Translations under genes and position numbers: made by a program
Assembly (NCBI GenBank): GCA_046498265.1
Contig: JAWOBB010000064.1
Location: 8,575-72,574, forward strand
Source of the DNA: Dehalococcoidia bacterium
Lineage (GTDB): Bacteria; Chloroflexota; Dehalococcoidia; SZUA-161; SpSt-899
Direction of reading: 5' to 3'
DNA length: 64,000 nt
Shown here: piece after piece, positions 1-8,109 of the stretch
Layout: the number at the start of each line of letters is the position of its first letter
Numbering within the stretch: position 1 is the first letter of the stretch
Notes under the pieces: model-generated
The model's input: only the letters and a program-made list of their open reading frames with translations
Told to the model about the DNA's origin: nothing
The model's database searches: none

Positions 1-1433
1 ATCGCATCCTGAATGGTGGCGTGATTGGCGGGAACCCGCAATCCGTCATCATCGGCAATGCTTACTGAGGCGATGTAGGGCCCCAATTCTCCCAGCGTGG
101 CGCCCACCGGATTTTCAAGTCCCAGATTGATTGTCTCGGTGGGCTCGATATCAGCATCGTCGGTTATCGGTATGACGAAGAAAACACTCTTTTCGCCCGG
201 CGCGAAAGCAAGGCTGCCGCAGGTGCCGGTGTAATCGGCAGGCGCCTCAGCAGACCCATCCCAGGTACCGTAATCGACCGTCACCGGCGCGGCGCAAGCG
301 CTTGAAAGGTTCACCCGGATGGTTGCCTCGGTTGACCCTTCCGTACTGGTGTATGAGGCGGCTGATAGAGAGATGTCGGGAAGTGATTCGTCGTCGAGAA
401 TGGTGATATTCGCCGAACTTGGCGAGCCCATATGGGCCAGTACGGGATTGGCAATGGAGAGGTTGAATGTCTCGTGACCTTCGGTGATCTCGTCGTCAAT
501 GATTGGAATGGCGATTGTGGCGCTGGTGGCTCCGGGTGCGAAAGCGAGGGTCCCGCTCACTGCTATGTAATCGTCAGATTGCCGGGCGGTACCATCGGTG
601 GTGGCGTAATTGACGGTGACCGTTTCCGCGCCTGGGGGTGATAGCGTAACATCAACATGAGCCGTGCCGGCGTTCTCGTCGATCCAGAGTGTATCGGAGG
701 CAAGACTCACCACCGGCGGTATAGGTTCGATCAGTTCATGGACCTGTGGATCTGAAAAGCTGAAGTAATCGACTTTCTTCACCGGGGCAAGATCGAATAT
801 GCCATCTGCATCCCACCATTCGATGATCTGGCCGCCGTCGTCCCTGATGGAAACGACTTTATAGCATTCAAACGTGCCGGCAGGGACCGTTACCGACTCA
901 ACGGCTTCGACTTCCACAGACCAGTCGAAATCCTCCTCCCCTCCGATACCGTTGTCCTGGTGCTCGTGATAGGTCCATGTTTTCCCTAACGTGAACGGCT
1001 GGCCGTGGCCGGCCGAGTAGTCAGTGCACCACTGGATGCTGTTGACCGTCACAATTCCGGCGTCGATGGAGCTTTCACCATAGATTTTGTCTCTGCTGGC
1101 CAAATCCTGCCAGATGAGGACCGGTTCCAGCATGACCACATCGTGGCCCTGGGCGTTGCGATGCGGTGGCGTATCAAAAGTGGTCTCCGTTTTATAGCAA
1201 TCCACCCCCTCTTTATTCTCCAAAGCGGTTATAGTGGTGGTCCACACCTCGCTCTCTTCGCCGCAAGTGGTGCGGTAAACCCAGGCATCTCCAACGTCCG
1301 GGACGAGTGCCTTCGATTGAGTGACCCCTGGTGGTAAGAACAGAGTTACTGTCAGCAGCAATGTTGCGATGAGTGCCGTGATGGCATGGAGTTGAGCAGT
1401 TGATCTGCTGGTGCTGCGATATGTATTTATCAT
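1..1433 (-). CDS. Exported Calx-beta domain protein; the C-terminus runs off the window start
   Basis: Absent from the supplied track because it has no stop inside the window. I translated the minus strand myself. ATG is at 1433-1431 with GGAGGGAG at 1438-1445 as Shine-Dalgarno. The N-terminus MINTYRSTSRSTAQLHAITALIATLLLTVTLFLPPG looks like a signal or anchor. Two tandem Calx-beta-like units follow (VTVNYATTDGTARQSDDYIAVSGTLAFAPGATSATIAIPIIDDEITEGHETFNLSIANP and VTVDYGTWDGSAEAPADYTGTCGSLAFAPGEKSVFFVIPITDDADIEPTETINLGLENP). The frame stays open to position 1. Confidence 0.75.
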   Translation of the reverse strand, partial: MINTYRSTSRSTAQLHAITALIATLLLTVTLFLPPGVTQSKALVPDVGDAWVYRTTCGEESEVWTTTITALENKEGVDCYKTETTFDTPPHRNAQGHDVVMLEPVLIWQDLASRDKIYGESSIDAGIVTVNSIQWCTDYSAGHGQPFTLGKTWTYHEHQDNGIGGEEDFDWSVEVEAVESVTVPAGTFECYKVVSIRDDGGQIIEWWDADGIFDLAPVKKVDYFSFSDPQVHELIEPIPPVVSLASDTLWIDENAGTAHVDVTLSPPGAETVTVNYATTDGTARQSDDYIAVSGTLAFAPGATSATIAIPIIDDEITEGHETFNLSIANPVLAHMGSPSSANITILDDESLPDISLSAASYTSTEGSTEATIRVNLSSACAAPVTVDYGTWDGSAEAPADYTGTCGSLAFAPGEKSVFFVIPITDDADIEPTETINLGLENPVGATLGELGPYIASVSIADDDGLRVPANHATIQDA

Positions 1434-2080
1434 TAATCTCCCTCCCCGGACATGAAATTGATTTGCCGTGGTTATTTGCATCTTACCGATATCAGAGACT
1501 TAACCTTAATGGCCAAAATGTTATGATGTATTATATTGTTTGATGGCGAAAATGTCAAACTAAACATTTTTATATGAATAATATGTTTAATTATTAAGCT
1601 TTCAAGTGGCGGATGGGAAATGTGATAACGATGATAAGGAAAGGCTTACCATATTGTCCATGCAATAAGTAAACCCCTGTATTAATGGATGCAAGCCTTT
1701 TCCGTAATAGCGGCGCAATGGGGTTATGGTATTTGCGCCACATTTATGGTTATAGATAAATCATATGCGCCGTAAACTAAATTTTATTTCGGCACATTGA
1801 TTGGCAAAGGACTGAATGGAAGACATTCCATATAGGGGCCTTTTCAGGTTTTTCCCTCTCAATAGGACACCTCAACCGCTGCGTGGTAAAATTCCCACAA
1901 TCCGGGGAAGTTGTGAGGGCGATTATGAAAATTGCAGGCCTGTTTTCCTTGCTGGCAGTAGCGATCCTCACGATGCCTTTCCCGCGACTGGTTTGCCATC
2001 TACGAATTCCGGGCCGAGGATGAGGATATAATCAGGATGCGGCCCGATGAATGGCTGCCGGTGATAACCGAGCCCTGATG

Positions 2081-2300
2081 TTGTCAGCGTTCAGTTCTCA
2101 GTTGTCAGTTCTCCGCTTCACCCATTTTCTTGTTCCCACGGTCCTCCGTGGGAACAACACGTCCAGGTGCACAATTCAGAAGAACTTCAATTGTCATTCC
2201 TGCGGAGGTAGGAATCTAGAGGGGGAGGGAGGAGAATGGATTCCGGGTCGGGGGTCGGAATGACATTCGACTAGTTCCCACGGTTCTCTGTGGGAACTAG
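2081..2300. repeat. Cluster of REP/MITE-like palindromic units plus a TCAG heptamer array
   Basis: TCAG recurs at 2084, 2091, 2098 and 2105 (period 7). Hairpin TTGTTCCCACGG-tcctc-CGTGGGAACAA lies at 2130-2157. A double hairpin bounded by GTCATTCC...GGAATGAC lies at 2193-2264. Hairpin CTAGTTCCCACGG-ttctc-TGTGGGAACTAG lies at 2271-2300. Confidence 0.8.
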
Positions 2301-2311
2301 AGAAAGCAGCT

Positions 2312-2938
2312 CTATTGCCTTACGTACTTCAGGTAACAAAATATATGCCATGGACAATTCTCAATTTCGGGGGATGAATCTCTTACCAGCTCGATCTCTA
2401 TCGCGATTGCTTGATTTTTATCTATTCCCTTGAGATAGTAGGCATTATAACTGCCTGAAGTATTTGAAGCTTCCCCGATATAGCTTCCAAGCTGATCACC
2501 GAAATCCCTAATGTCCGGGGTTGCAATGCTGAACTGCTTGCAAACTGATTCCGGATTGAACCCATACATGCAACCTTGAGTCTCAAGCTCGATGGGGGTA
2601 CCCGGAATTCCACCGGCCGATATTATGGTAACTTTCATAGTTGTCCCGGGTCTTTCCGGTACCTCCGGAGGATAAGGCCTGCATGCGCGGGGTGTCCTGA
2701 ACGTGATTACTTGATCTACTGCATATATTTCCCCATTGTACGTGATTTTTTCCATCTGCTCAGGGAAATCTGCCGGTAATTCATAACAGCTTATATCATC
2801 GCTTTTGCATGATGAGAGAGCATTTCCATTATTTTCAGGTGAAGGAAGGCAACCAGCGAGGACAGTACTTAATAGAAACAATATCACCCATAATGTAAGA
2901 GTACATGCTGTATTATTTCTGCCATGTATTGTAATCAT
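2312..2938 (-). CDS. Cys-rich lipoprotein, unknown function
   Basis: 208-aa ORF with ATG at 2938 and AAGGGG upstream. Signal peptide ends in the lipobox LAG|C (LLSTVLAGCLPSP). The mature part has several Cys. No family recognised. Confidence 0.6.
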   Translation of the reverse strand: MITIHGRNNTACTLTLWVILFLLSTVLAGCLPSPENNGNALSSCKSDDISCYELPADFPEQMEKITYNGEIYAVDQVITFRTPRACRPYPPEVPERPGTTMKVTIISAGGIPGTPIELETQGCMYGFNPESVCKQFSIATPDIRDFGDQLGSYIGEASNTSGSYNAYYLKGIDKNQAIAIEIELVRDSSPEIENCPWHIFCYLKYVRQ

Positions 2939-2964
2939 TTTGACTACCCCTTAGATTACATGGA

Positions 2965-3627
2965 TTAATCGGCGTTTTCGGGGCATCTTCGTTCGTAAAT
3001 ATCGATGACTAAAGATTTAGTCTTAACTACTGTATCGATGATATCCAGGATTGATTGGGATGAAGGTGTCCAATCATATCCTTTAATGAAAGCGGGAAAA
3101 CCAGGCCGGTCAGGGTAATCTGTGTTCTGGAGAGGAATATCCACGCTGAAGCCGGATTCGGGTTGGTTACTTTCCAAATCGAGAATAACAGGGCCACCGG
3201 TGAAGACGTGTCTGCCGACTTCAGTGAAGAAGCGGGAGGGATCATTGGAACCCACAAGTACCAGTGGATAGTACTTCTGGGGCTCGCTACGGAGCCAGGC
3301 AATATCGACAAGATCAACAGCTTCCTTATCAATCCAAAGCTGTATTTCAGTGCTTGCCGCTTTCTGGAACTCGGCGAATGTAGTGGCCACAAGGATTTCC
3401 GGGTGTTCCGCTAAGTCTGCGGAGGGTATTTGAGGTGTGCCTTGAATCAGATAGACAGCTATATTTTCGCCGGTATCTGATTCCTCTGGATGATATACGT
3501 CTGGGTGATCGTCAACAGGTGACGGAGGGGATTGGGCGTCTAGCTCTGTAGAGTTTGGAGAGGAAGATGAACAGGCGAAAACTAAAAGCAACAGAATTAT
3601 CAGTATTAGCCAGAAAAATCGATTCAT
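2965..3627 (-). CDS. Lipoprotein, unknown function
   Basis: 220-aa ORF. N-terminus MNRFFWLILIILLLLVFACSSSS has a hydrophobic signal and a VFA|C lipobox-like site. It lies 26 nt upstream of the 2312-2938 gene on the same strand. Confidence 0.6.
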   Translation of the reverse strand: MNRFFWLILIILLLLVFACSSSSPNSTELDAQSPPSPVDDHPDVYHPEESDTGENIAVYLIQGTPQIPSADLAEHPEILVATTFAEFQKAASTEIQLWIDKEAVDLVDIAWLRSEPQKYYPLVLVGSNDPSRFFTEVGRHVFTGGPVILDLESNQPESGFSVDIPLQNTDYPDRPGFPAFIKGYDWTPSSQSILDIIDTVVKTKSLVIDIYERRCPENAD

Positions 3628-3785
3628 GTATATTTACCTTCTACGGATTAGTCGGCAGGCCTCACCGATAAGATTATGTGAGGCTTGCCGCGAATTCAAT
3701 ATAACCTGTATAACTTAACTCTCTATGGCAGTAAGTTAGTATTTTGGCCAATTAGGCAGAGCATTATCCTCATGTACACCATTAC

Positions 3786-4502
3786 CTATTTGCCAATAGC
3801 GTAGAAATGGCAGTCGTCCGAGCCGAAATAAATAATGCCATTCTCACCAATTGCCGGGGAGGCCTTAATTCTTCCTCCTGTCTTGAATAGCCATTTCAGG
3901 GAACCATCTTGATTCAAAGCATAGAGATATCCGTCGTCGGAGCCGAAATAAATAATGCCATCCTTATCGATGGCCGGGGATGATTTAATGCTATTCCCTG
4001 TCTTGAATCGCCATTTCAGGGAACCATCTTGATTCAAAGCATAGAGGTATCCGCCGTCGGAGCCGAAATAGACTTCTCCATTCCTGCCAATCGCCGGAGA
4101 CGACTGAACATAGGGACTTGCAGAGTAATCCCATTTCTTTGAGCCATCAGGGTTGAGTGCATTAATTCCACTAGCCTGTGATCCGAAGTAAACTGTGCCA
4201 TCCTCACCGATGGCTGCGGAAGAACTAACCGGCTCAAGAATGCTAATACCTTCACCAATCTCAAAATCCAACTTTGTTTTTGCTTGGTATTTCCACTTCA
4301 GTATTGCCTCATCAGGGCCCGAATATTCGCTACGACCTGTGTGTCGGAGGTCGTGACCAAACATTGGCCAGGATGTGTCCGCTAATCCTGATTTGGCATC
4401 AACCATTGGCGTTTGGTTTTCCCCTTCACTCCCACCACCGCAATTTACACATGCGACTGGGACGAAAAGGAACAACAGCACAAACAATGAGTTTATTTTC
4501 AT
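3786..4502 (-). CDS. PQQ-like (BamB-type) beta-propeller repeat protein, exported
   Basis: 238-aa ORF with signal MKINSLFVLLFLFVPVAC. It contains repeated blades of about 40 aa, such as GEVYFGSDGGYLYALNQDGSLKWRFKTG, DGIIYFGSDDGYLYALNQDGSLKWLFKTG and NGIIYFGSDDCHFYAI. This pattern is typical of the PQQ-binding-like repeat family. Confidence 0.75.
   Translation of the reverse strand: MKINSLFVLLFLFVPVACVNCGGGSEGENQTPMVDAKSGLADTSWPMFGHDLRHTGRSEYSGPDEAILKWKYQAKTKLDFEIGEGISILEPVSSSAAIGEDGTVYFGSQASGINALNPDGSKKWDYSASPYVQSSPAIGRNGEVYFGSDGGYLYALNQDGSLKWRFKTGNSIKSSPAIDKDGIIYFGSDDGYLYALNQDGSLKWLFKTGGRIKASPAIGENGIIYFGSDDCHFYAIGK
3821..4180. repeat. Three tandem 120-bp units (propeller blades) inside the PQQ-like gene
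   Basis: AGCCGAAATAAATAATGCCA starts at both 3821 and 3941, and AGCCGAAATA recurs at 4061. GAACCATCTTGATTCAAAGCATAGAG starts at both 3901 and 4021. The period is exactly 120 nt. Copies 1 and 2 are nearly identical at DNA level. Confidence 0.85.
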
Positions 4503-4598
4503 GCATCGAATCCTGTAGGGAGTTTACTATCAATCTTGTTGTTGTAAATGTTAATGCAATTTTAAATCAAAAATAACCAATAGCCTATCCGGATGTTA

Positions 4599-4634
4599 AG
4601 GAGAATTCCCGCCAAATTTGACGGGAATTCTCCT
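4599..4634. terminator. Perfect 13-bp hairpin downstream of the 4654-5847 gene (terminator-like, no clear U-tract)
   Basis: AGGAGAATTCCCG (4599-4611), a 10-nt loop, then CGGGAATTCTCCT (4622-4634). It sits 20 nt after the stop of the minus-strand gene. Neither strand has a strong T-run, so its function as an intrinsic terminator is uncertain. Confidence 0.4.
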
Positions 4635-4653
4635 CGTATTGGTTCGTTGCCTG

Positions 4654-5847
4654 TTATGTATATTCACCTACATACGGTATGTCCTTTAGATCATACTTTG
4701 CTCCTGTAGAGTAATTAGTCAAGTTCCCTTCCATACAACCATTACAGGGAATAGCTGTTGCCTTGCCTGAAGAGGGATCCAATTCCCAGCATTCTTTGTT
4801 TTCAGTAAACCATCCATACCAGCCATAACCAGGAATTGACTGAAGCGCATGGTGTGCAGGGACCTTGCTGGTCCAACCTATGTACCAGTTGTTGGTGTAT
4901 TCCAAAGTTTCCCACCAGACGCTCGTCTCTTCATGAAGTGCCAACTTACTTCCAGCGCAATTCTGATCATATTTAGTGTAAAAATTACCATTGTCCATGT
5001 CCCAGGCTTGAAGGTACCATCCACCAGATGAACTCTTTAAAAGCATATGTCGATAGGTATGTCCTGAGTAATATAAAACACCCGGATAAGTTATCAGCTT
5101 ATCACTATCAGAATCGGCATATACGACATATCCTGTTGGTTGTTGTCCGGTTTTGGCCATCAATAGTCCGCTTTGAATGTCATCGTTTGCACTTGTGTGA
5201 CCATTTAATAATAACATTGAGGCCATTTTGTGATTATTGCCAAGCGTAGGGGCCTTGAATCTTACGATTAGACCATTCACTGTATATGTATCCACATCCA
5301 TGTTTCTAATCATTGAGTATGTACGGGTAAAGTTATCGTCTCCGCCCCGCGAATTTTCAGTCTTCGATGCTTCCATTTCACTAAATCCAGAACTCGTTGG
5401 CACATAGCCCCGTTGCTCAACATACTTGCTCCATTCGTCTTGAGTCTCATGTATCCTCCCCCGTATTTCACGCGGAGTCTCATCCTTGAGTGAGTTTCCC
5501 GCTAACCCGATGGACCATTCTTTAGGAAGGGATTTAAGAATGGGCACTATCTCTGGTGCAGGAATACCTTTTTTGGTACTGGCAAGGTGAATGATGACCT
5601 CTCCTTTGGGGAATGACGGGTCTGTTTCATTTGTGGTGACTGCAATGACAGGGAAGCCCCCGATCCTTTTCGGAATCTGGTATCCATCAATTTTATCTGG
5701 CAGAACTATACCGTCAACACCTATTTGGGTGCTCGCATCGTCGTCCAGCGAGATTCCTCCAGCCGCAGCAAAAGCGGCAGGTACCGCCAAAATAATTATT
5801 AGTACGATGGTCACCAAGGTTATAAGCCGAGATTTCCGTGTATTCAT
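4654..5847 (-). CDS. Exported or anchored protein, unknown function (possible beta-sandwich glutamic-peptidase-like C-terminal half)
   Basis: 397-aa ORF with ATG at 5847 and a strong SD AAAGGAGAG. An N-terminal TM/signal is present (LITLVTIVLIIILAVPAAFAAAGG). The C-terminal half has weak motif resemblance to G1/eqolisin peptidases: MLLLNGHTSANDDIQSG resembles WVGIDG...ILQTG, and SVWWETLEY resembles AEWIVED. The peptidase idea is speculative. Confidence 0.55.
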   Translation of the reverse strand: MNTRKSRLITLVTIVLIIILAVPAAFAAAGGISLDDDASTQIGVDGIVLPDKIDGYQIPKRIGGFPVIAVTTNETDPSFPKGEVIIHLASTKKGIPAPEIVPILKSLPKEWSIGLAGNSLKDETPREIRGRIHETQDEWSKYVEQRGYVPTSSGFSEMEASKTENSRGGDDNFTRTYSMIRNMDVDTYTVNGLIVRFKAPTLGNNHKMASMLLLNGHTSANDDIQSGLLMAKTGQQPTGYVVYADSDSDKLITYPGVLYYSGHTYRHMLLKSSSGGWYLQAWDMDNGNFYTKYDQNCAGSKLALHEETSVWWETLEYTNNWYIGWTSKVPAHHALQSIPGYGWYGWFTENKECWELDPSSGKATAIPCNGCMEGNLTNYSTGAKYDLKDIPYVGEYT

Positions 5848-5886
5848 TTAATTGTTCTCTCCTTTCTTTTTTGAGTTTGTTTTTTA

Positions 5887-5920
5887 CCAAATCCAAGTTA
5901 AGCCCCTGGAAATCATCACC
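5887..5920 (-). promoter_or_regulatory. Conserved 5' element, copy A, 39 nt upstream of the 4654-5847 start codon
   Basis: CCAAATCCAAGTTAAGCCCCTGGAAATCATCACC at 5887-5920 matches 12064-12095 at about 25 of 29 aligned positions. On the coding strand it contains TCCA-N11-TGGA. Function is unknown (promoter, operator or leader RNA). Confidence 0.45.
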
Positions 5921-6018
5921 TGGAGTGACTTTACCGAGGCACCTTCCGGCTTCTGTCGCTCGAACCTTGCCGGCTGCTATTCCGCTTTATCATCATCTGC
6001 CCCTTTTCGATCTTTAAG

Positions 6019-6048
6019 CTTGTCCCCACGGTCCCCCGTGGGAACAAG
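6019..6048. repeat. REP-like hairpin of the GTTCCCACGG family
   Basis: CTTGTCCCCACGG-tcccc-CGTGGGAACAAG. It has the same core as the hairpins at 2130-2157 and 2271-2300. Confidence 0.8.
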
Positions 6049-6064
6049 TGGGTTTTGCCCTCAG

Positions 6065-6364
6065 CTAATCCGCTTTATCATCATCATCATCCCCTTTTCG
6101 ATTTCTCAAATTTTCCTGGAATCGCTTTATCGCCACATAAATCAGGGTTATCAGTCCGCTGAGGAACAGCAAACCGGCGGCGCATGCACTACCTTCGGAA
6201 CACCCGGAATCAGTGTTCTGCCCGCTGATAAGCGAATAGAGGATTACGGGTAAACCTATAAAGGGAACCGAAATGAGTATCCTGCCGATCACTGTCAGCG
6301 AACTCAGCCAGTCAGCAGATGGCTCCACTTTCACCTTGTCCTTGTAATCGTTCTTCTTATCCAT
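6065..6364 (-). CDS. Small membrane protein with an acidic C-terminal tail
   Basis: 99-aa ORF with ATG at 6364 and GGGGAGAG upstream. It has two hydrophobic segments (LTVIGRILISVPFIGLPVILYSLI and AAGLLFLSGLITLIYVAI). The tail is RNRKGDDDDDKAD. Confidence 0.5.
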   Translation of the reverse strand: MDKKNDYKDKVKVEPSADWLSSLTVIGRILISVPFIGLPVILYSLISGQNTDSGCSEGSACAAGLLFLSGLITLIYVAIKRFQENLRNRKGDDDDDKAD

Positions 6365-6543
6365 AAACTCTCCCCAACGGTGCTGTTCTCCGTTAACTTA
6401 TCTTCCGTTATTATTATGCCTGGTAATGCCAATTGATGCTAATATTGCTTGCATTGCCCAACTGCAACAACTGATGGGATCACAAATGGAGATGCTTCAA
6501 ACAAGACGCTATGGATTTAATTGGAGCAATGGCTGACCTGGCC

Positions 6544-7431
6544 TCATTGAAAACTGCTGTCTGTCACGTCGAATAACTTGGCTAATAGCAGCTCTGGATC
6601 AGAGAATTGAGCACTTACTTTCACCAGTTTTCCCTCTCTAAGTGCCTCTACATCTCTCCAATCAAAGTTCAGGTAGTCTGCCATTTCTGCACTCATTTCC
6701 TCCATGGCTGCTTCAGCAGATATGGAGTCTGCAAATTGGCAGACAGAGGTGAGTGTGACCACAGAGGTATTGTCAAATTCGATACAATACCCTCCATATT
6801 CTAGTCCTTCATAATCCCACCAGTTTAGGAACCTTCCTCTGGCGAATTGATAGTACACCGCATTGCTCGGCAGTTGGTTACTTACGGTAACAAAAGCATC
6901 ATCCTGTAAGAGCGAGCCTTGCTGGCTTTGAATAACATCCAAACAGCGTTTGACTTCCTCATTGTAGCCAAAAATAAGCATATTGTCTTTTATAAATAAC
7001 CAGATTTGCAAGTCCTTCCATACCCAGACAGTAAACCCTTTATAATCGGATTGCCTTAAGTCGTATCCGGAAACAAGCGACTCCATAACCGTTGACTGCT
7101 CAAAACTACCTTCGATTAGTTGTGTCATACCAGTTTCTCCTGTAAACCACATTGTGGATATGTCATCATCACAATCGAGCAATCTGGAGATGTTATTTAT
7201 CTCCGGATACTGCTGCCGCAATTCTTTATTAGAGCGCAGTGCCTCGGCGTTTATGATCGTATGGTAGTCGAATTCTCGAGGCACCACTTGTTCCAAGGAT
7301 AATTTCATTTCAGCATCACCGGTCACACTATTTGAAGAAGGACAGCCAATGAGAACAACACCTGATAGAAAGAATGCCAGGCATAACATGAGATTCCGTG
7401 CCATTCTGTTAAGTATTCTGAACATTCGCAT
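6544..7431 (-). CDS. Lipoprotein, unknown function
   Basis: 295-aa ORF with a signal ending in the lipobox LIG|C (FFLSGVVLIGCPSS). No family recognised. Confidence 0.6.
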   Translation of the reverse strand: MRMFRILNRMARNLMLCLAFFLSGVVLIGCPSSNSVTGDAEMKLSLEQVVPREFDYHTIINAEALRSNKELRQQYPEINNISRLLDCDDDISTMWFTGETGMTQLIEGSFEQSTVMESLVSGYDLRQSDYKGFTVWVWKDLQIWLFIKDNMLIFGYNEEVKRCLDVIQSQQGSLLQDDAFVTVSNQLPSNAVYYQFARGRFLNWWDYEGLEYGGYCIEFDNTSVVTLTSVCQFADSISAEAAMEEMSAEMADYLNFDWRDVEALREGKLVKVSAQFSDPELLLAKLFDVTDSSFQ

Positions 7432-7522
7432 ATTTACCTTTTGTATTGCGGTGGATCATTCTTTCCAGTTGGGATTTGGTTCGCTTCAGAAAACGGTATG
7501 AAGGCACCTGTTTGAGTATGTC

Positions 7523-8041
7523 TCATGTCGTCCATCCCAGAACATGCGGAATTGATGTTAGGAGCCAGGGAGCAGTAAAGAAACCCATAATCGCACTCAG
7601 AGCGATTGTCTGTTTCAATTCCATTTTTAGAAGCGAAAAGGCTAGGGCAAAATTTGCCGCTGTCAGCAGAGCCATAGGTAAGAGCAGTAATAGAAACTGT
7701 GATGACATACTCATGGCTGGATCCCATTGAAGGGTATCCCACACATCCTCCCATATTAATTCGAAATAGGCCCAGTCTACCACTGCTCCAATTATCGTGA
7801 TCACCAGACTGTAAACGAGCCTTTTAGTCCTTGTGACTATTACAACACTTGTATGGAGCGATACTTCTGGCGAATTGATGGCCCGAGGTGTTTTTTTCAA
7901 CAGGCATGATAGGGAAAAGCTAAGAACTGCAAAGTTCCAGAGGAAATCCAGAAAAATCCCCAAAGGAATCCCCAGTAATGGCACTATAAGCAGCCCGAAG
8001 CCTGCATCATGGATTGTGGTTGTCTTTTGTATTTGCCTCAT
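7523..8041 (-). CDS. Integral membrane protein (about 4 TM), unknown function
   Basis: 172-aa ORF with ATG at 8041-8039 and four hydrophobic stretches. It is co-oriented with, and tightly spaced between, the 8110 and 6544 genes. Confidence 0.5.
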   Translation of the reverse strand: MRQIQKTTTIHDAGFGLLIVPLLGIPLGIFLDFLWNFAVLSFSLSCLLKKTPRAINSPEVSLHTSVVIVTRTKRLVYSLVITIIGAVVDWAYFELIWEDVWDTLQWDPAMSMSSQFLLLLLPMALLTAANFALAFSLLKMELKQTIALSAIMGFFTAPWLLTSIPHVLGWTT

Positions 8042-8109
8042 CTTTGTTTACCTGGGAAGTTTCTGATCAACCCCACGTATCCTCCAGACCCGCGAAGTTA
8101 CAACTTATT

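Noticed and set aside
1925-2076. Signal-peptide-like mini ORF MKIAGLFSLLAVAILTMPFPRLVCHLRIPGRG, with a second frame reading DWFAIYEFRAEDEDIIRMRPDEWLPVITEP
   Set aside because: Joining the two pieces needs a +1 frameshift. There is no SD or family match. It may be a decayed gene remnant in the 880-bp spacer, but the evidence is too thin to annotate.
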